Shown here: positions 1 to 13,600 of the stretch, in pieces
How the letters are laid out: every line of letters begins with the position of its first letter
Numbering within the stretch: position 1 is the first letter of the stretch
Assembly: GCA_977030845.1 (NCBI GenBank)
Contig: OZ365112.1
Location: forward strand, 15,128,001 to 15,192,000
Reading direction: 5' to 3'
Length of the DNA stretch: 64,000 nucleotides
Origin: Fimbriosthenelais zetlandica
Taxonomy: Eukaryota
Position numbers and translations under genes: made by a program
The notes under the pieces: model-generated
The model's input: only the letters and a program-made list of their open reading frames with translations
The model's database searches: none
Told to the model about the DNA's origin: nothing

Positions 1-569
1 ATAACACTTTCAAGGAATTTGAAACTGAACAAGCTTATGCAATGATTTTGTAAATATGTTGTTGCTAGTAATAAATTTAAATGAGAATGACTATATCTAG
101 TCATACGTTTTCAATAGCTTTGTTGATTTGATACGTTTAAACAGGCAAATTATCGCACAACACCATTTTTTTTGTGTGTCCCAAGCTACAGTGACACTTC
201 TTAAGGGCAAGGAAAGAGCTGCTTTGGGAGACATAGGTAAGAAGACTATTCAGCACACGTAGCCTGCAGCAAGCCGTCCAGTGCTCTAGCCAGTCTCAAC
301 TGTCATTCATTGCTCTCCAGACAGTCTGTTCCATGCAAAGCTAAAATATGGTCACTACTATAGCTAAACACAAACTCAAGCCCAACCCTCGAATTTATTT
401 GTAATTCATTATAAAACACACAATTTATTAGAGAACAACTGTACAAACAGCCTTGTAAACTTAAATGTCCGGCAGTCTTGTCCATATATACATTCCCATG
501 CACCAAATTTTAGCACAATTCACTCTGGCATGAATTGGCCATACTATATATTTTATCTCAAATCATTCA

Positions 570-900
570 CCTTCTTCTTCTGAAAGATGATCTCCCAGAA
601 CTGAATGGACTCTTGAGGAGGTGATGGTTATGGGATCGGGGATGGATCATGTCCATCTTAAAGTTCCCAACCTTGTACATACATTAGACTCCAATGTGCA
701 GTAGACATAAGACACCTTCACCCATCCTGCAAGTGATTTATCCAGCAGGATCACTAACAATGGTTCTTTTGAGAAGGGAATGGAATAGTGGAGCGAGGGA
801 AGAACATGGTGCCGAGGGCCATGCACATGGTGCAAGAAAAGGCAATTTACATGGTGCTGATCTTCAGTCGAAATGATTTTGTAAGCAGGCCTTTTCTGAC
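570..900 (-). mobile_element. Possible decayed DIRS-like reverse transcriptase fragment
   Basis: Minus-strand frame with stops reads SLLKRTIVSDPAG*...LLHIGV*CMYKVGNFKMDMIHP, resembling the LN.FV...FKMETI region of DIRS RT as recalled; not verified by search. Confidence 0.25.
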
Positions 901-2599
901 TGCTGATAAGAAGCAGCTTTGGAAATAAAGTAGGGCAACTTCCAGAGAATGGACTTTCCTCTTTATCTTGACCAGGTGCTCCAACAACTGATATCGGAAA
1001 AAATGTGAAAGAAATACATTAGCTGATTAATCATTCCCTTAAGGACCTTTGTTCTCATTACTTATAGGTTGTCTGTTTTTACATATTGTTTCCTGGGTGA
1101 ACAGTTCCATCAATTTAGAACTGGCCCCTTTTTCCTTTCCTCACTTGACAAATGTGCCCTCCAATTGTTTGACACTGATGTATCCTCGAGTATTAGGTAG
1201 TTTTTATTTTCTCATGCCTGTTGACTCAACTTTTGATGTATAAGACACTCTTCCCTAGAGTGTCCTTTGTCTTCCTCCGTCTTCACTATAGGAGATATAT
1301 ATTTGCACCTTTATGACTTTCATCATTTCTCTTTCCATCACCCGAGGATTTATCTTCGGGTATTTTCGATATAGGAGTCATCCCTGACTTACATTAGAAT
1401 GATGGCGCTTACATAAAGAACAAGGTTCTACTCCTCCTCATTATACTCCCCTGAGAAGATTGAGGAAGACCCAAGATATACATTATATAGACAGCGTATA
1501 CACTTGAAGTATTTTCTGTAGCTAGTAATTGGCTGACTCTTTGTGTGTTTCAATCTAAATTCCTCTTGTAAGCCTCTTTGGCAAGACGATATCCAACTGA
1601 TCGCTTTCTCAAGGGACATAAACAATCCCATCTGACGGCAGTTGGTATGAAGCTAGACTATTAGTTATAAGGCAAAGTTCTGAGTCGTGTAATCCCTAAA
1701 GTCAGCCAAATTTATTACTGACACCTTTGGTCCACATTTGACATGTATGTATATCATACATCATGCCATAAGCAGGGATCTTAGTTTATCCTGAGATCTT
1801 ATTCACATCTGTCATATATACTGGAGCCAGACCCCACTCAAGGCCAATAGCTTATGCCAATCCTGAGGTAATTCACCTGGTTATATCACGACCTGCTATA
1901 GTTCTATCTCGGGCAGTTCGTATATAAATTTTGTCATATCACATTACCCTCAGATTTTATATGATAATATTGTCAGTTACTGTATACATAATTGTGTATC
2001 GCAGAGACCATTGCATCACCCATTTCAAGGGGGTAAATATATTAATGGGTTGCAGGAGGATCTGCTCGCCAAATAGGATTTTTTTCATTTTTTTGCCAAT
2101 GTGTTTCGCTAACTCCAAATAGGATTTGGCTTAATTTTGACGAGCAGAATTTCGCGGATGATGGGTTTCTGCATCCCCCCACGCCCCTAACTAAAGTTTA
2201 AGAACTATCTTTTGTACATGAAACCTTCACGTTGGTCTTAACAATAAGAAGGAACACTCAGGGTGACTTCTCTTGATATTATTTCCATCAGATGAAATGC
2301 CAAGAGGAATCAGCCTAATTAGCTTGAAAAGAGAACCCGTCAATTCTCCCCCAGCCAGCTGCATCACACTAATGAGATACTATCTGCAAAATGATGAATA
2401 AGCAGGTTAATTGATTATGATGAATGCTGTTTTGGGGCGGTAGTTTTTCATTAATGGGTTTTTGTCAGATTTCGCAGTTTTCATGGTTACTTGCAAGTAT
2501 CTCATGTTTTCCGTGCGATAATTATACATATACAGCCTGGTCAAATCAAAGACAAAACTGGTACAAGTATATCTCGCTCGCTTAATTGGCACTCAGAAC

Positions 2600-2812
2600 A
2601 ATGAGAACAGTGCTAGGCCTGGTCGACCTGGTGTCAGCATAATGCGACTGGTTGAGGTATCATGTCATGTGCCTGCTCCGTGATACCTGAGTGAGCACTG
2701 TAAAAGAGTATAGGGCTCACTGACACAAATATAGGTAATGTCATGATATAACTGAAAAAAAATATTCAAAGTGACGTTCAACCCCATTAATTAAACAATC
2801 AACCAAACAATC
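2600..2812 (+). mobile_element. SINE body and tail, resembling MetaSINE-type elements of marine invertebrates
   Basis: GGTCGACCTGGTGTCAGCATAATGCGACTGGTTGAGGTATCATGTC core, then ...ATAACTGAAAAA...AAAGTGACGTTCAACCCC and an (AAAC/AATC)n-like tail at 2790-2812. Matches the recalled central domain and tail of tRNA-derived SINEs widespread in molluscs and deuterostomes; no clear tRNA head seen. Confidence 0.5.
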
Positions 2813-4649
2813 ATTTCTATATTATACTATTTATAAAGGTCATATAGCAGTAGTGTATTTGAAATTCAATAGTAAACTATTGAATTTCCACGAAAGTAAC
2901 GGTACTTCTCAAAGACATTTCAGTGTAACATTGTCATGCAAGAGGAATCATTCTCTGCTTTGTAATCTGCTGTGCCATTCAAAACTACGATGCACCTGGC
3001 TCGATCTGATTAGCATGTAAATGGATATTTTTTTGTGAATCAGTTGATGGTTCCTGTTTTCATTGTTGATTAGAATTTCGACTCGGATTCGAAGATGGAG
3101 AGCACTAGTTCTTCCTTTCATTCTACCTTCTACCTTAAGTTTTAGGCTAAAAGTAAAACGCAAGGTCCCTGTATGTTCTAGAAAGACAATATAGGAAACT
3201 GCAATCTCAGAATGGCTTAAATGACGATCAGAAATGTGGGCGATTTTTAATTATTCCACATGAACTACCTGATAATTATCTTGCCTGCATGGTGGATGCT
3301 GCATTAAGATTAACAGATGAATGCACAGGGTTCATCAATCAACCATTAACACAGACAAAATGTTAGCTAACATCTGCAAATGAACGTTCCTTGATCTCCT
3401 CGAATATTGCTAAGAATATTGGAACATTTCAATAATATTTCTAATGTTAGAGCAATATTTGTTCGAAATACTCAACCAAATCATTATAAATCAAAATTTA
3501 CTTAACAGCTTAGATAATAAAATGCACAGGTAGACTGAGTATGCACTTAGTCAATTTAAATATGTCATAAATTAGTGTGATTTGCAATCAGATTAGTACC
3601 GTACATGTCAGTACATTGCACCGACAACTTTATTATTTATACCCATAAATAGTAGTGGCTTCCCCTGAAGAAAAAGACCATTTGCTTTAATTAACCTCAA
3701 GGTATTGGTAGAACGTATGGGCATGTCTCCTTTATGAAATTTTAGTTATTCGGGTCAGGGCCTCCATCTTGGGTGGATAGAAAAATCTACTTAGTGTAGC
3801 CCCAGTCATCTTGCCCCCTTTCACTTATCAAAGCAGAGTAGTGGCTACCATCATCTTGATGCCACTTTACATTTCACGATGTTCCCATGCTGGAATATGC
3901 TGGCCATATCTTGGATAAAACCGCTCTGAGTGCAGGGCATAACCTTCCCCAACATGGAGCAGTCCCGCACTTACAAAGGATGCAAGTTGACATCCTGCAC
4001 TCAAACATCACTCTCTGTGAGGTTAGACTCCATACCATCCACTGCTTAGATTTTTTAAGGAAGCTGCCCAGGAGCTGATACTAAAGACTTATATATATAA
4101 TAGGCGTTGAAATACTGTTTCTGTTCAGGCACCAATAGTTGAACTACTACAGTATCTTCTATACATTTTGAAAACATATACGAGACATCCAATTTGTATG
4201 CTCTATTATACAAACATGGCTTGGCACCAACGTCCTTTCCTCATACTATATACTTACGATGCATTATACTTATCTCCTAAAACCTGAGTTGTCAGTGGCG
4301 GAGTTAAACCTTGACTGGACTTCGAATATCTAATTTACTCTGCTTTTAATGCTTTGACCTTTAAAACCTTATCTCTTCCATCAGAGAAAAAACCCATTAC
4401 AAAGGATTAAAGGTCGAAATCCTTTAGGAAGGCAGAAGAAAAAGTTAAATCAGTTTATTCTACGTACATACATGCGTAAATATCTATGTTTAGGGTATAC
4501 GATGTACATCTGTACTTTTTGGTGGATTTAACCCATTTCAAAATCGGGGTTGTTATGTACTGTATTGCCTATAAGTACCAGGCCACAAAAGTAAGCATGT
4601 AGCCTCCTGTGGGTGACTAGGTGCACTATATATGGTTGGCCATTGCATG

Positions 4650-5150
4650 CTATCCATTATACGACTCATTCTTTCTATAAAAATCCCATTCACAGAAGTG
4701 CTTCTGCCCACTGCTGCGCAGAATCCATCCTCTCTCTCTCCAGCCCTCATGCTGGAAAAACCCACTATCCACGACAGCACAAATTTACCATGTCTTCCTG
4801 AACCAGAGGCACAGAATGCGGTGCATGACCAGAACATATATATGGTACCTTTCCCTGGAGCCCATGAAGGCAGCCACTTGTTCTTGAATCGCATGTCTAC
4901 TTTTTCTTCTGTATCGCTGGGAAGTTTTCCGGGCGAACATGGAAATGCCATCCCCCTGGTTTGGCCATGCTTTTTGAAAGGCATTGGCCTGGAGCAGTTG
5001 CGGGTAATTTGGTGGCAGCAACAGCAGAAGCAGAGGGGTGGGTATGTTTAAGGCACCTCCAGCTGTGTGGCTCCAGGTATTGTTTGCATACCATGGAGCA
5101 CGAGTGGACTGAATAAAGAAAGATGGGCAAGGAACAGCCATTATGTATAC
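4650..5150 (+). mobile_element. Decayed RTE-clade LINE, C-terminal RT region
   Basis: Plus frame with stops reads QIYHVFLNQRHRMRCMTR...WEVFRANMEMPSPWFGHAF*KALAWSSCG*FGGSNSRSRG, resembling the RTE motifs EVL.RA..PSI / LRW.GHV.R / G.RSRG. The local GC-rich patch explains the stack of overlapping ORFs. Confidence 0.4.
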
Positions 5151-8100
5151 CGAAGGACATGTAGGGTAAAGGGTCCAAACTAATATGGAACACGGGGCCA
5201 GACAAGTTTAGGGTCTAGAGGACAGAAAGGAATATTCAGACACTAGAAAATCCATAAAAACCACACATATACGTATAATAGAAGATTATTATGTATTTTG
5301 GATTATAAATATTATAATTAACAGTTTCATGTTGCGGACTAGAGAGCAATTGCCCAATAAACGAATATATAGGAGTTAGATGCGGCCCGGGTTAGATCTG
5401 ACCAATTTCATCAACCTCTCATAATGGACATTGGACATATAATATATGCCATACGAGGCAGTGGAAAGGCACTATAACTGAAAATGGAAATGGAAGGTAA
5501 TAAACAGGATTACAGAAATAAGGACAAAGATAAGGAAGGAAGACTATATTGCAGGTAAAATATCACCAGGCACACACGTACACTCAGGAAATAGAAATGA
5601 TCATGTTCTATTGATTAGCAGGCTGAAGACAAAGCAAACTCTTACAGACAGGTCTGAATGACATCCGTTGAAATGATGTATATAAATCATGATGAAGTAA
5701 GCCAACCAACCTGAGACAACATATAGTATCCATAGAAACACAGAAATATATATTTAAAAAAGATGTGGGTCTGTCAGGTGTATTTTCGGCTCACGTATTG
5801 CTATACCATATAAGCGTACCACTGATATCATACATGAACTGGAACCCTCATCGATATAAGCTTGTCACTGAACATACTCACAAAATGGTATCTCAAGAAG
5901 CTTATAGAAAGGCTGGGATCATGTGTATGGGGTAAGTGAAGGGCAACTGAAAGGCACCGAATGACTAAAGAATAGGACAGTGTATTACAATGACACGGCA
6001 GCTAGCATATAGACTATCCTTATAGATACAGCTTGGTATAGAACCGCGTCAATGTCATGAATAGATGGGACAAGAAAGATTACCGTTGTATACATATGTA
6101 TGTATGAATACTAAAGCCTCTTGCGCGGCAGTCCATGCATACATGCATGTGTGTTGATCCATAGATCCATACAAACTACTTGGGTGTGTTGATAGTAAGA
6201 TTTCACGTTTAAATCGCCATCTTATCAAATTAAAAAAACTATTTTCATTGAGAGCTGCATGGTAAATCTGGGAAACCTTGTTAAATGCATTGGAAATGAC
6301 ATTGCGTTAATGAGTATTAATTTCCTTTCACGGAATTAAATAGAGCTGTTGCAGAGAAGCCATATAGATGATGGATTTGTTATATGCCATTAACTAGGTG
6401 TGCACTTGCATCCGTTTATTGGCCATCTCAACAAACGAAAAGCATAGGGCTGAAAGCCTTTCCCCATAGTATCATTCGACTGTCGGAAATTGCTTCTCTT
6501 TATGGACAGCCATGGCTTGCCAACTATTATGCATCAAAAAGCTGATTTCAGCCACGCATTTTCCTGTCGTAATGAATTTCAAAATCGGGGAGTACACCCA
6601 GGTATTTACCGAAGCATTCATATCACCGTAAAACATATAGGTACCTTATCATAAACTTGTATAGATATTATGCAGTTTAAGTGAAACCGCTTAAATGCAA
6701 GAGGCAATACATTAATATTCAAAGGCATGCCATGATGCCTTGAATTCATGACTATGAATCCAGCAGCTCGATTTGTCTGCTTCTGCTTTAATTGGTTGGA
6801 GCTTTTTACCTGCACATTAAAAAAAAGTGACAATGCCCTACCTTCACATTGCCTCAAGGACAGGAAATCGTAATGGTGACTATAATCCCTTTAATCTGGG
6901 AGCAATAGCTCATCAAGGGAGACTGAAATCTGAGGCTCCTGTCAGCAATATGATTCAGAGAGTGAGAACTATTCAAACCACATCTTATACATGGCTAATC
7001 ATGCTGCACGCAACCGGCTGAGGCAATGTTTGTGCAAGCTGGCCCTCAGCAGGAAAATCTCCATGCCAGGGAAAAAAGAAACAAAGAGAGAAATCTGGAA
7101 GGGAAAATCGAATTCATGCTGAAATTCTGAAGACCTAAAGAAGGTTGAATTTCATGAGGAAGTGATTAACACGAAATAGAATGCTTCATTCGTTTGAAAA
7201 TTGTTGAAAGAAGATGAGTATCTAATATCAAAATGGAAATTTTCATTTTGTGACAACATATTAACAGGAATCCATGATTCCATTTTGGTGAAATTGTAAT
7301 GATGCAAATTATTAAGCTAAACCTCATCTGGTCAATTAGGTTTAGATGGTTATGGCTAGTAGCAATGCTGACTTGCCTTCCTTCGTTCCTTGAGGCGTTG
7401 TGACAACATATATCCAGCATTTTTCTATTGATATTATGTTGCCAATTGTCAATACTGCCTAGCAATATGACATAGTTTATCCCATGGCCATTTTTTTTGA
7501 GAAAATTCTCATTTCCACAATTCGAATGATCCACGTTTTGAGAGTATTTATAAGTCTAAGGCCATTAGTCTCTTGATTGATGTATTCCAACTATTTAAAG
7601 TTGGAAACAAGACAGCAAGAATTTTGGCTGCACTGCATATAAAGGGACCATGTATTCTCTACAAAGAAGAACAATTACATATATTTAAGATTAAATATTT
7701 ACTTCATCAAATATTTACTTGAGCTTTCTTTAATTTGAATAATGATTTATCTGGAGTGGGGATCGGAATGAGAGAATCTCCTGCGCTGGTTTGTGGTAAT
7801 TCTGTGCTGAAAAAAGTACAATTTTCATGCCATGTTGGTCGTTCTCACGGTCCTACAACTCAGGTATCTCATTTCATATTGTAGTGCCAACAACCATTAG
7901 ACGAAAAAGACATCCACAGTGTCTGTCATCAGAATTTAGGCATTGTAAAACCATGACACCTTAAACAGTTCTTTTTATTCAGAAAGGGAATGGAATATCT
8001 ATTTATCTGATTAAATGATCACTTTTAGTTCTACATAAATGCTGGTATTAAAAACAGCGGGAGGTGAATTTTTAACGAGCATTCAGCCATGCAGTCATAA

Positions 8101-9299
8101 CATTCATTCAGGCTCAATACTCGGTGTTCAGAGGATGCATAGCTCCTACCCAGATCAAGAATCCTTTAGAGGACAGAGAATGTTCCCTCCTTTACTTTAC
8201 AAATTATATATGGTTATGAATGCTCAAGGCTTTGCAATACTATTAGTTGCTCATATCTTTGTTAGTCCTGTATAGTTGATCGATTTAGCACTGCAAGAGT
8301 CACAGATTAATCTGTTTTCCTTGGACACCAAGTGCCAGACTTGTTATCTGATTATAGACATAAGAAGATTAGACAGGCTTTTACCCAGAGAAGCAGGACC
8401 ATGAAAAAGCAGGATTTATACACGCTTCTTAGGCCTTGTCGTATAGGCAATATGTCTGATGTCTATGGGAAACGCTTCACAGGCAATCAATATAATCGCC
8501 CGTTCCCCATTGTTGACTTAATGATTGAAGATGGAAAAAGCGAAGAATTGTTGCTTTGGGCCAATTGTCTTCCTGCAGCATTATGTGCCAGCCTTATAGG
8601 GATACAGATATAAATAAACCTCGGCACAGCTGCATGCATCAAAAGATTGTTTTAACTGTTATCCCCATCTCTTCATATCCAAAGGCAATGCACATGTTTT
8701 GCCAAGTTTATTGGTGATTTAATATATATATATGCCTACAGGAACATGGGGAGAGTGATCTCAGACTCATAGTTATTTTTATTTTACCTCTCAAGTTACA
8801 TGCTCGTGAAGAGGCCAATGATATGAATAATATAAATACTGTTTATATTGTTCCCTTCTTGAAAGATATTTGATACACTAACGTTTTTGTGTTTCAGATT
8901 ATCATGTATATTGCAACCTGGCTGCAAACGACTAATATTGTAATTCTAGCTTTTCATATACATCTCCTTTATGATGAAAATGTCTTAGCTCTTATATTGC
9001 TTGTATGTATTTCTGGTATCAAACATGGATCAAGCCTTCCAATACGTCGGCAGACGAATCCATATATCATTCTATTCGCCAAACAGCTTTTGAGTCCGTG
9101 TGCCCCAATCTGACTGGTTGATGTCAGTGGATTTACAGTTTGGCATTAAGTTGGTTTACCATGGTTACCCAGACCACTGGTCTTTACAGATATTTCACCA
9201 CTTTCCTCTCCCAACCTAACCTGATTAACCTCTGAGGGGGCAAGGCTACTTTCACTTTCCACGCTAGAACCTTTTAAAGAAGTCCAGAAGATTGAATTA

Positions 9300-9600
9300 G
9301 TAGAGCATCTATTGGATTGATTGGCCGGTAAAAAATACATTAGGACTGAATTAACCTCGAGGGGGTCCCAAAAGGTCTATAGTAAGACACGGATAGGTAT
9401 GGTCAAGGACAACCTGCAAGGGCTATTTGTGTCAGGGATTTCTAAAGATATTCTCCTTCATGGGAATGCGACTGGGTCCTGTTTTAATGTGACTTTATTT
9501 GTTTCCGTATTGCTTCATGAAGACGTAGGGAAAACCATAGAACAACTTCGTCTCATTCTGATTTGGAGAATAAAAGCGTGAACGTCCCATACAGATTGGG
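9300..9600 (-). mobile_element. Possible Gypsy-type integrase remnant
   Basis: Minus frame with stops reads HK*PLQVVLDHTYPCLTIDLLGP, resembling the PF..L.IDI.GP start of an LTR integrase core; heavily decayed. Confidence 0.25.
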
Positions 9601-10924
9601 TTGAGTTCTGATTTTGAGTTCTCCTTTTGAGGATCGAAAGAAATAAAGTTACTTTCGAGTCACTAAAAGAATTTCGGGGGCAAATTTATTTTACCCAATT
9701 CAATCAAAGGCATTGTCACTCACTTATATTCGAGGTTTGTAAAAGGAAGTCCAAAGAGGAGGTAAATGTCTTTAAAAGGATGAGGTCACACTTTGCCTCA
9801 AGAAAGATTCATACTCTAAAAGAATAAAGGTAACCTCCTCAGCGGGAGATTAAAAATCAGATTTTTCCCATGATTATGTCTTTAAGGCGAACAAAAGGAC
9901 CTGCTGCCAGCTTTCAATCTCTTAACCCCTCCCCCTCTCCTTCCCACTCTAAATGAATCAGTCATGACATCAAGGAAAGGGGCTATTAAACAATTATTAT
10001 TTGTCTCCATTTATAGGATGTTTCTCCAACAAATTTATTGTGACAAAATACACTTCACACCTGGATGGGATGACCAAACTGAAGTATACACTCCAAGTCA
10101 TCCAATGTCCTTTCCTATACATAAGGCCGACCCTGTTCCATAAACTGGTAATCTAATCGGCCATCTAATAGGCAGGCAATGAGTAGCAATCCTTTCATGT
10201 ATTCAAGGCATATTCGTGCTGAGAAACATAATTCTTTATGGTTGGGACATCTGGCCTCAGGTGGCCTATCAGATTGCTTCCACCCTACTTCCGCTGCCCT
10301 CACATCTCCCAATATGGTCGTCGGAGGCGTTTTTCTGTCTCCCTCCAGGGCCCAATCGTAACTTCCTCGTCATCTTCATCTAACTGCAAAAATTTTAATT
10401 CATCATAATACAAAAGGTATCCACCTATAGAGTCTCCTCTTATACCTATTGAACTATGTCAACAGTTTGAGATAGAGAGAAACTGATCAATGATTCTTTA
10501 TCTCACGAGAGTATGCCTAACAATGAGAACGACCACGTAATTCGTTTTATTTTCTATAAGGATCATCGAAATTTATTATTCCCTGCAGGTTCAACACCTC
10601 TTGTTTGGCTCAGTAAGGGCATCAGAAAAATCAATCAAGGAGCTTCGAATTGCACCTGCTCTCACCAAGACAAATTAATGTCGTATGATTCAATATATTT
10701 GACCCAAGATGACATAAATTGTGCCACATGCAGCTTATATGTTTCCTTCAAAAAGTTAGCCATGCATGACTCTTCTCTGAGAGATCCAGTTCGAAGCATG
10801 GGCAGGAATTATCTGGGCGACGAGCTACAGTGCGAGAAAAACATCTCATTCCAGAAAACCTCACGATTCTCTGCTTTTCAAAAGCACGCAGAAACGAACG
10901 TGTCTCCTGAATCCCGCCTTTGGT

Positions 10925-11000
10925 GCAGACGGAAGTGACGGAGCACGTGATGTCGCAAAGCGGACGCTGGCGACATAAAGGAAACCGTGACACTTCTGTG
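10925..11000 (+). promoter_or_regulatory. CpG-rich promoter-like element (ETS plus E-box)
   Basis: CGGAAGTG at 10930-10937 and CACGTG at 10944-10949 within a locally CpG-rich stretch of an otherwise CpG-poor region. Candidate promoter of the plus-strand microprotein gene; a possible donor CAG|GTAAC lies near 11231. Confidence 0.45.
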
Positions 11001-12049
11001 TCCAGATTGATTTCCGGTCTGTACAATCTGTGCTTCTCGATGGGAATATTTAGTGGCATGAGGAAGACTTGGACTGGCAAGTTTGTGTGTTTGTCGCCAC
11101 AATGTTGGCCTGTCTCAATAGAAGACCAACCGATCGAGGGGGCCATTATTTGAAGAGGTGTAACTGTGCCGGTGGGGTCTTGTTAGAGACGAAAAAGCGT
11201 TCCCATGTAAATGACAGTCACAGACTTGCAGGTAACAGAGCCATGTATATAGTTTTATAATATGGGCTTAATAAGAATTAAACTATGTTGGCGCTCTATG
11301 CAATCTGTGACAGAAGGCAAAGCGGGATTTGGAATGACTCAGTATCAATCGATATTTGCAGTACCTGGCAGAGAGCTGACATATAGAGGAGAACTACAGA
11401 ATCGATGGATACAGCGATAGAGGGAGACGGTGTAAAATCTCAAACAGATGTGCTCGGCTGACTTGATCTTATGAATACCATCAATGTTTCAGTATTTCAC
11501 TGCTCTGATATATTGCCCATCTGCCAATTTGAATTTCCGTTTTTATTGCGGATTGAATCCGTTTCCCAGATGCCTCAACCAATGTTTCTGTGTTCGTCTG
11601 TTTTATAAATGATAAGGGACGGTTGGAAAGAAGTGGAAGAAAGGGACCACTGCCCGGCACAGAAGGATGGAGATGCGGAAGGTTGGGGGATAAAGAATAA
11701 CCGCAGCCTCTTTGAAAAAAGTCTGTTTTATCTGCCTTTACCGTTTCCTGTCTTTCTAGTTTTTTTTTCTGGTTCTCCAATCTATATTCAGTTGTACAAT
11801 TATTTAAATGGATCTTCTGTTATATCGTGGTCAGACTTCTCATCTCATCTCCCTTGCAGGAATCTCCTCAGATAGAAACTGCTGATTGTCACCTGATGAC
11901 TTGAGGGGAATTTTACTAGGCTTCCTTTTTGATAAAATGAGCCCTACTAATTTCAAGCCTTACAAGAGTCCATCCTGTCAGATCTAATACGTGTCAAAAG
12001 AGTTGAATGTAGGACCCTTGATAAGAGTACTAATCTAATGTGCTCGAAT

Positions 12050-13600
12050 ATAAAAACAATTTAATTCTGCCATTGAGGCAATGGTATCAGGGAATGCCTT
12101 GGGCAGATGTTAACCAATGACACTGAAAACATTGAATGGTTTACCTTCCTGTATTGATGGATCTTTTCAAAGACAGGTGATTAGATGTATTAGGGTTTTC
12201 TTGCGAAAAGTTAAGATATAGGCAAAGTCCGTCGGTGAGGAAATCGCTGGTGTTCTTCATGTGCATTGAATAACCATGCAGGCAAAGCGGATATGATGCC
12301 CTGTCCAATTTTGGAGTTTCAGAACGGCTTTTGTCTCTAGGACAACAGGGACAATACTGCGTAATGCCTGCTTGTACGCAATTCAATGAGCCTGCGACTA
12401 TAGGGCAGTTCTAACGAGAGATACCCATGTCTGGCAATTGTTTCCTTACGTTGAAGATAGAACTTTATTCCCTTGGCCCATTAATATTGCTTTATGCAGA
12501 ATGTTGAATTACCATAGTATTACGCTCGATAGAAATCTTCACGAGCAGGTGATAAACCGTGATTATCTAATCCTGAGCCCCACAAGGCATTTGCCTTGGT
12601 GAATATTATAAGGGAATTACACATGCAGACTTTTGAAATATTTCTGCAATTCAAGCTCAAGCTATAAGCACCGAACATGCAGGTGCATAATTTGTACAAT
12701 ATACGAAGTTAATACAGCCTCCAGTGGCGAGACAATCAAGGCAATTCAATTTTAGAAATTAAGAAAAAATAAGTTAAATCAACCTACTTTAACAACAGTT
12801 CCTCTGGACTATGCAAGCTTTCAGTTTTGAGGACATTCTTTTATTTCAGAGTTAGCAAATATAGCCCTAGAACCCAAAGAGCGTTTGGCCCATGTATATG
12901 CTGTCCGCAGGCAAGTAATTACGAGCTCTGCAAAGGCCTCATTCCTCTCAATACATCCTACATCTCTGGACTTACTGATGAGAACGAACCTGAATTTTCT
13001 GACTAAATTTGTCAGAAGCTGGTAATTGTATCAATCAGTGAATTAATTATACAATCTTCCCTTTTCTTAAAAAATAGTACATAAACTCAATATTAGCTGG
13101 TCTTGGCAAACATAAGATACAGAAATCCATCGCATTAGTTGTTGCGCATTAGCATAACTTTTTCTATTGAGCTTTGTTTCATCATATTCAATAATTCATT
13201 ATGTGCAGTGCATCATGTATCCACATGCGGATCTCCTAAAAGACCTGTTAAGTTCCTGCACATTATGCTAACCCCATGAGGTGGCACTGAAGGTCAGTAC
13301 CAAGCTCCTGATCAGCTCAACTGACGTTCTGCTGAAGTATGAGCACTTATGGAAGGCAATGACCCTTTTGGGGCCATTCTCCATTTATATCCATTCCACT
13401 AGAGAGGCATTGAATGGTGACATGCAAGCATACATTACCTCAGGTTAAAATAACCTGATGTATATTGACTGACACTAATGACTGTACTGGTCAATAATGC
13501 TCTCCTGGGGCCCAGTGAGATTCTCCTTTAAGACTTGGTAGATCTACTGCAACTTAAACAGGTTTAAAGGTCTTATTACATGATAAAGTTACTGAACACA
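12050..13600 (-). mobile_element. Highly decayed LINE (CR1/L2-like) RT fragments
   Basis: Minus-strand fragments resemble KAFD (HLPKAFPDTI, about 12100) and GVPQGS (LTGPQESII, about 13500) motifs; many stops, and motif order is not clean. Confidence 0.25.

Noticed and set aside
4553-5205. Stack of overlapping 100-143 aa ORFs on both strands, one containing RAPWYANN (Jockey-like APWY motif)
   Set aside because: Best explained by a GC-richer LINE remnant; the plus-strand RTE-like motifs are more numerous than the single minus-strand APWY match.
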